From Carcharhinus amblyrhynchos (taxonomy: Eukaryota), in the NCBI GenBank assembly GCA_965287045.1, contig OZ336878.1, positions 110,422,001 to 110,486,000 of the forward strand: a DNA stretch of 64,000 bases. The letters run 5' to 3'. The notes under the pieces are model-generated. The model made no database searches. It saw only the letters and a program-made list of their open reading frames with translations, and had not been told where the DNA came from. This document shows positions 62,121-64,000 of this stretch, piece by piece. The stretch's first letter is position 1. Each line of letters starts with the position of its first letter. A program made the position numbers and the translations under genes.

Positions 62121-62599
62121 ACAGAGGTATTGCACAATTCTATCTGCATGAGACACGCACTTCAGTTTCTATCCTCTTTTCCTGCCCTTCAAGGAAGTGC
62201 TGACATATCCCTTTAGAAGCTGTGAAATATCTTGTTTTCCGATCGTATTCCATAAATGATTTTATTACAGCAAAAGCAATAGGAACACGCAGAGATCTCA
62301 TTGCAAATATTGCACGGCGCTGTCAAGTTAAGGTGAGTCAAGCTTTATCTTCAGTAAAGCAGCCGACATTTCTGAGTCCCCCTGGCTGACACTCAACTAT
62401 TCTTATTCGCAAATCAGACAGGGCATGGAGAAATGGAAGGTCAAGCTTTTGCCTAACAAAAAAAAAATCGATGAGATCTGGGTGTTGCTGGCAAGGGAAC
62501 GTTTGTCGTTGCTTTGCTAAACCATTTCAGAGTTAAGTATAACCACATTGCTGTGGACCAGCTGTCACATGTAGCACAGACCGGTAAGGATGGCAGATA

Positions 62600-63060
62600 A
62601 GGAGACAGGTCAGAGAAGGTTCACTAGGTTGATCCCAAATATGGTGGGAGCTTCCTATAAGAAGAGATTGAATAGGATTTGGGTCTGTACTCGTTGGAGT
62701 TTGGAAAAATGAGGCAACCTTATTAAGATATATAGGATTCCCAAAGGGCTTGGCAGGTTAGACGCTGAAAGGTTGTTTTCTCTTGTGGGGAGCCGAGGAC
62801 GAGAGGGTATAATCTCAGAATGACAGGTCGCCATATAAAACAGAGATGAGGAGGAATTTCTTCTCTCAGAGGGTAGTAAATTTGTAGAATTCTTTCCTGC
62901 AGAGTGCTGTAGAAGTTGAACCGTTAGTATATTCAAGGCTGCGATAGACAGATTTTTAATCAGTAAGGGTGCCAAGGGTTATGGGGATAAAGTGTGAAAG
63001 TGGAGTTGAGATTATCACGCCAGATTATTCATAATATCATTGAATGTTGGAACAAACTCG
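62600..63060 (+). mobile_element. CR1 3' fragment
   Basis: agaaggttcactagg..tactcgttggagttt..ttcttctctcagagggtagt. Confidence 0.8.
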
Positions 63061-63114
63061 ATCTGCTTAGTTCTGTCCCTTCCATCTCATGGATTACTTC
63101 CCTAAAAGACATTA

Positions 63115-63400
63115 AAGTAAAAGTAAAGTTTATTTATTAGTCACAAATAGGCTTACATTTACACTGTAATAAGGTTCTTATGAAAATCCCCTAGTCGCCA
63201 CACTCCAGCGCTTGTTAGGATATAATGAGGGAGAATTTAATATGGTCAATGCACCTGACCTACACATCTTTGGACTGTGGGAGGAAACCTGCGCAGACAC
63301 AGGAAGAATGTGCAAGCTCCACACAGACAGTAGCCCAACCGGGAAATGAACCTAGATCTCTGTGAGGCAGCAGTGCTAACTACTGTACCACCGCACCACC
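63115..63400 (-). mobile_element. SINE family B
   Basis: aaagtaaaagtaaagtttatttattagtcaca tail. Confidence 0.8.
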
Positions 63401-64000
63401 CCCAACTGAAACCGATGAGTTTTACAATAGATGATCGTTTCAAATTGACCATAACTCAGACTACAATTGAAATCCCGATTTTTTATTGTTAACTGAATTT
63501 CAACTTGGTGTTACTAGCAAGGACGGCTCATGTTTCCCATCCCAAATTGCCCTTGGACAGAATGGCGTACTAGGTCTTTTCAGATGACGCAGAGTTGATT
63601 AACTGCTGTGGTTCAGGAGTCATATGTAGGCCAGACCGCAGAATGTCTTCCTTGATGTTATTTTCAACAGTCAATGATAGTTTCATGATCACCATTCCTG
63701 AGACTAGTTTTAAGTTCCTCACTTATCAACGTCTCCAGAGCATGAGTCTGATCGCTGTTTTGCGCACCCAACCACCTTCCCATCGTTTTGCTTGACATTG
63801 AACGTCTTTGAACTGTAGGAGGAAACCGGAGGACCCGGGAGAAACCTACGTACGTGAAGGGAGAATGTACAAATCCCACACAGCCAACCAAGGCCGTATT
63901 TGAATCTGGCGCTGTGAGCCAGCAATGCTCATAAGTGTCTACAGTTGCTCAGCAATGGCTACATAAGTATTTGTATTTATTTTTCATGCCATATTCTTCT

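Noticed and set aside
61400-64000. Start of a fourth receptor gene (donor-like AAG|gtgagt at about 62332; pyrimidine tract at the window end)
   Set aside because: No leader or V exon inside the window; needs downstream sequence

Overview
Eukaryotic, repeat-rich genomic DNA, almost certainly from a shark/elasmobranch (abundant HE1-type tRNA-derived SINEs, CR1/HER1-type LINE fragments, Penelope-like fragments, CA-rich simple repeats). No prokaryotic features. Between the repeats is a tandem cluster of three + strand NKp30/NCR3-like receptor genes, each with a leader exon, a 354-nt germline-joined VJ-type IgV exon and a TM exon: gene A (2603-7930+), gene B (23916-41966) and gene C (48869-51059). 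A and B share a ~8-9 kb duplicated block. B owns an intact cytoplasmic exon with two ITIMs and an ITSM. Its TM exon carries a 5-bp deletion that frameshifts at the ancestral donor but also creates an upstream in-frame GT donor, so it could switch between an inhibitory and a tailless isoform. Downstream of A lie relics of an older paralog: an Arg-bearing TM exon broken by a SINE, and a decayed ITIM exon missing two of three tyrosine motifs. C has a mid-TM Lys and a short tail, as expected of an activating receptor. Together this looks like an evolving paired activating/inhibitory NKp30-family system. All exon calls, alignments and counts were made by eye; repeat boundaries are approximate.
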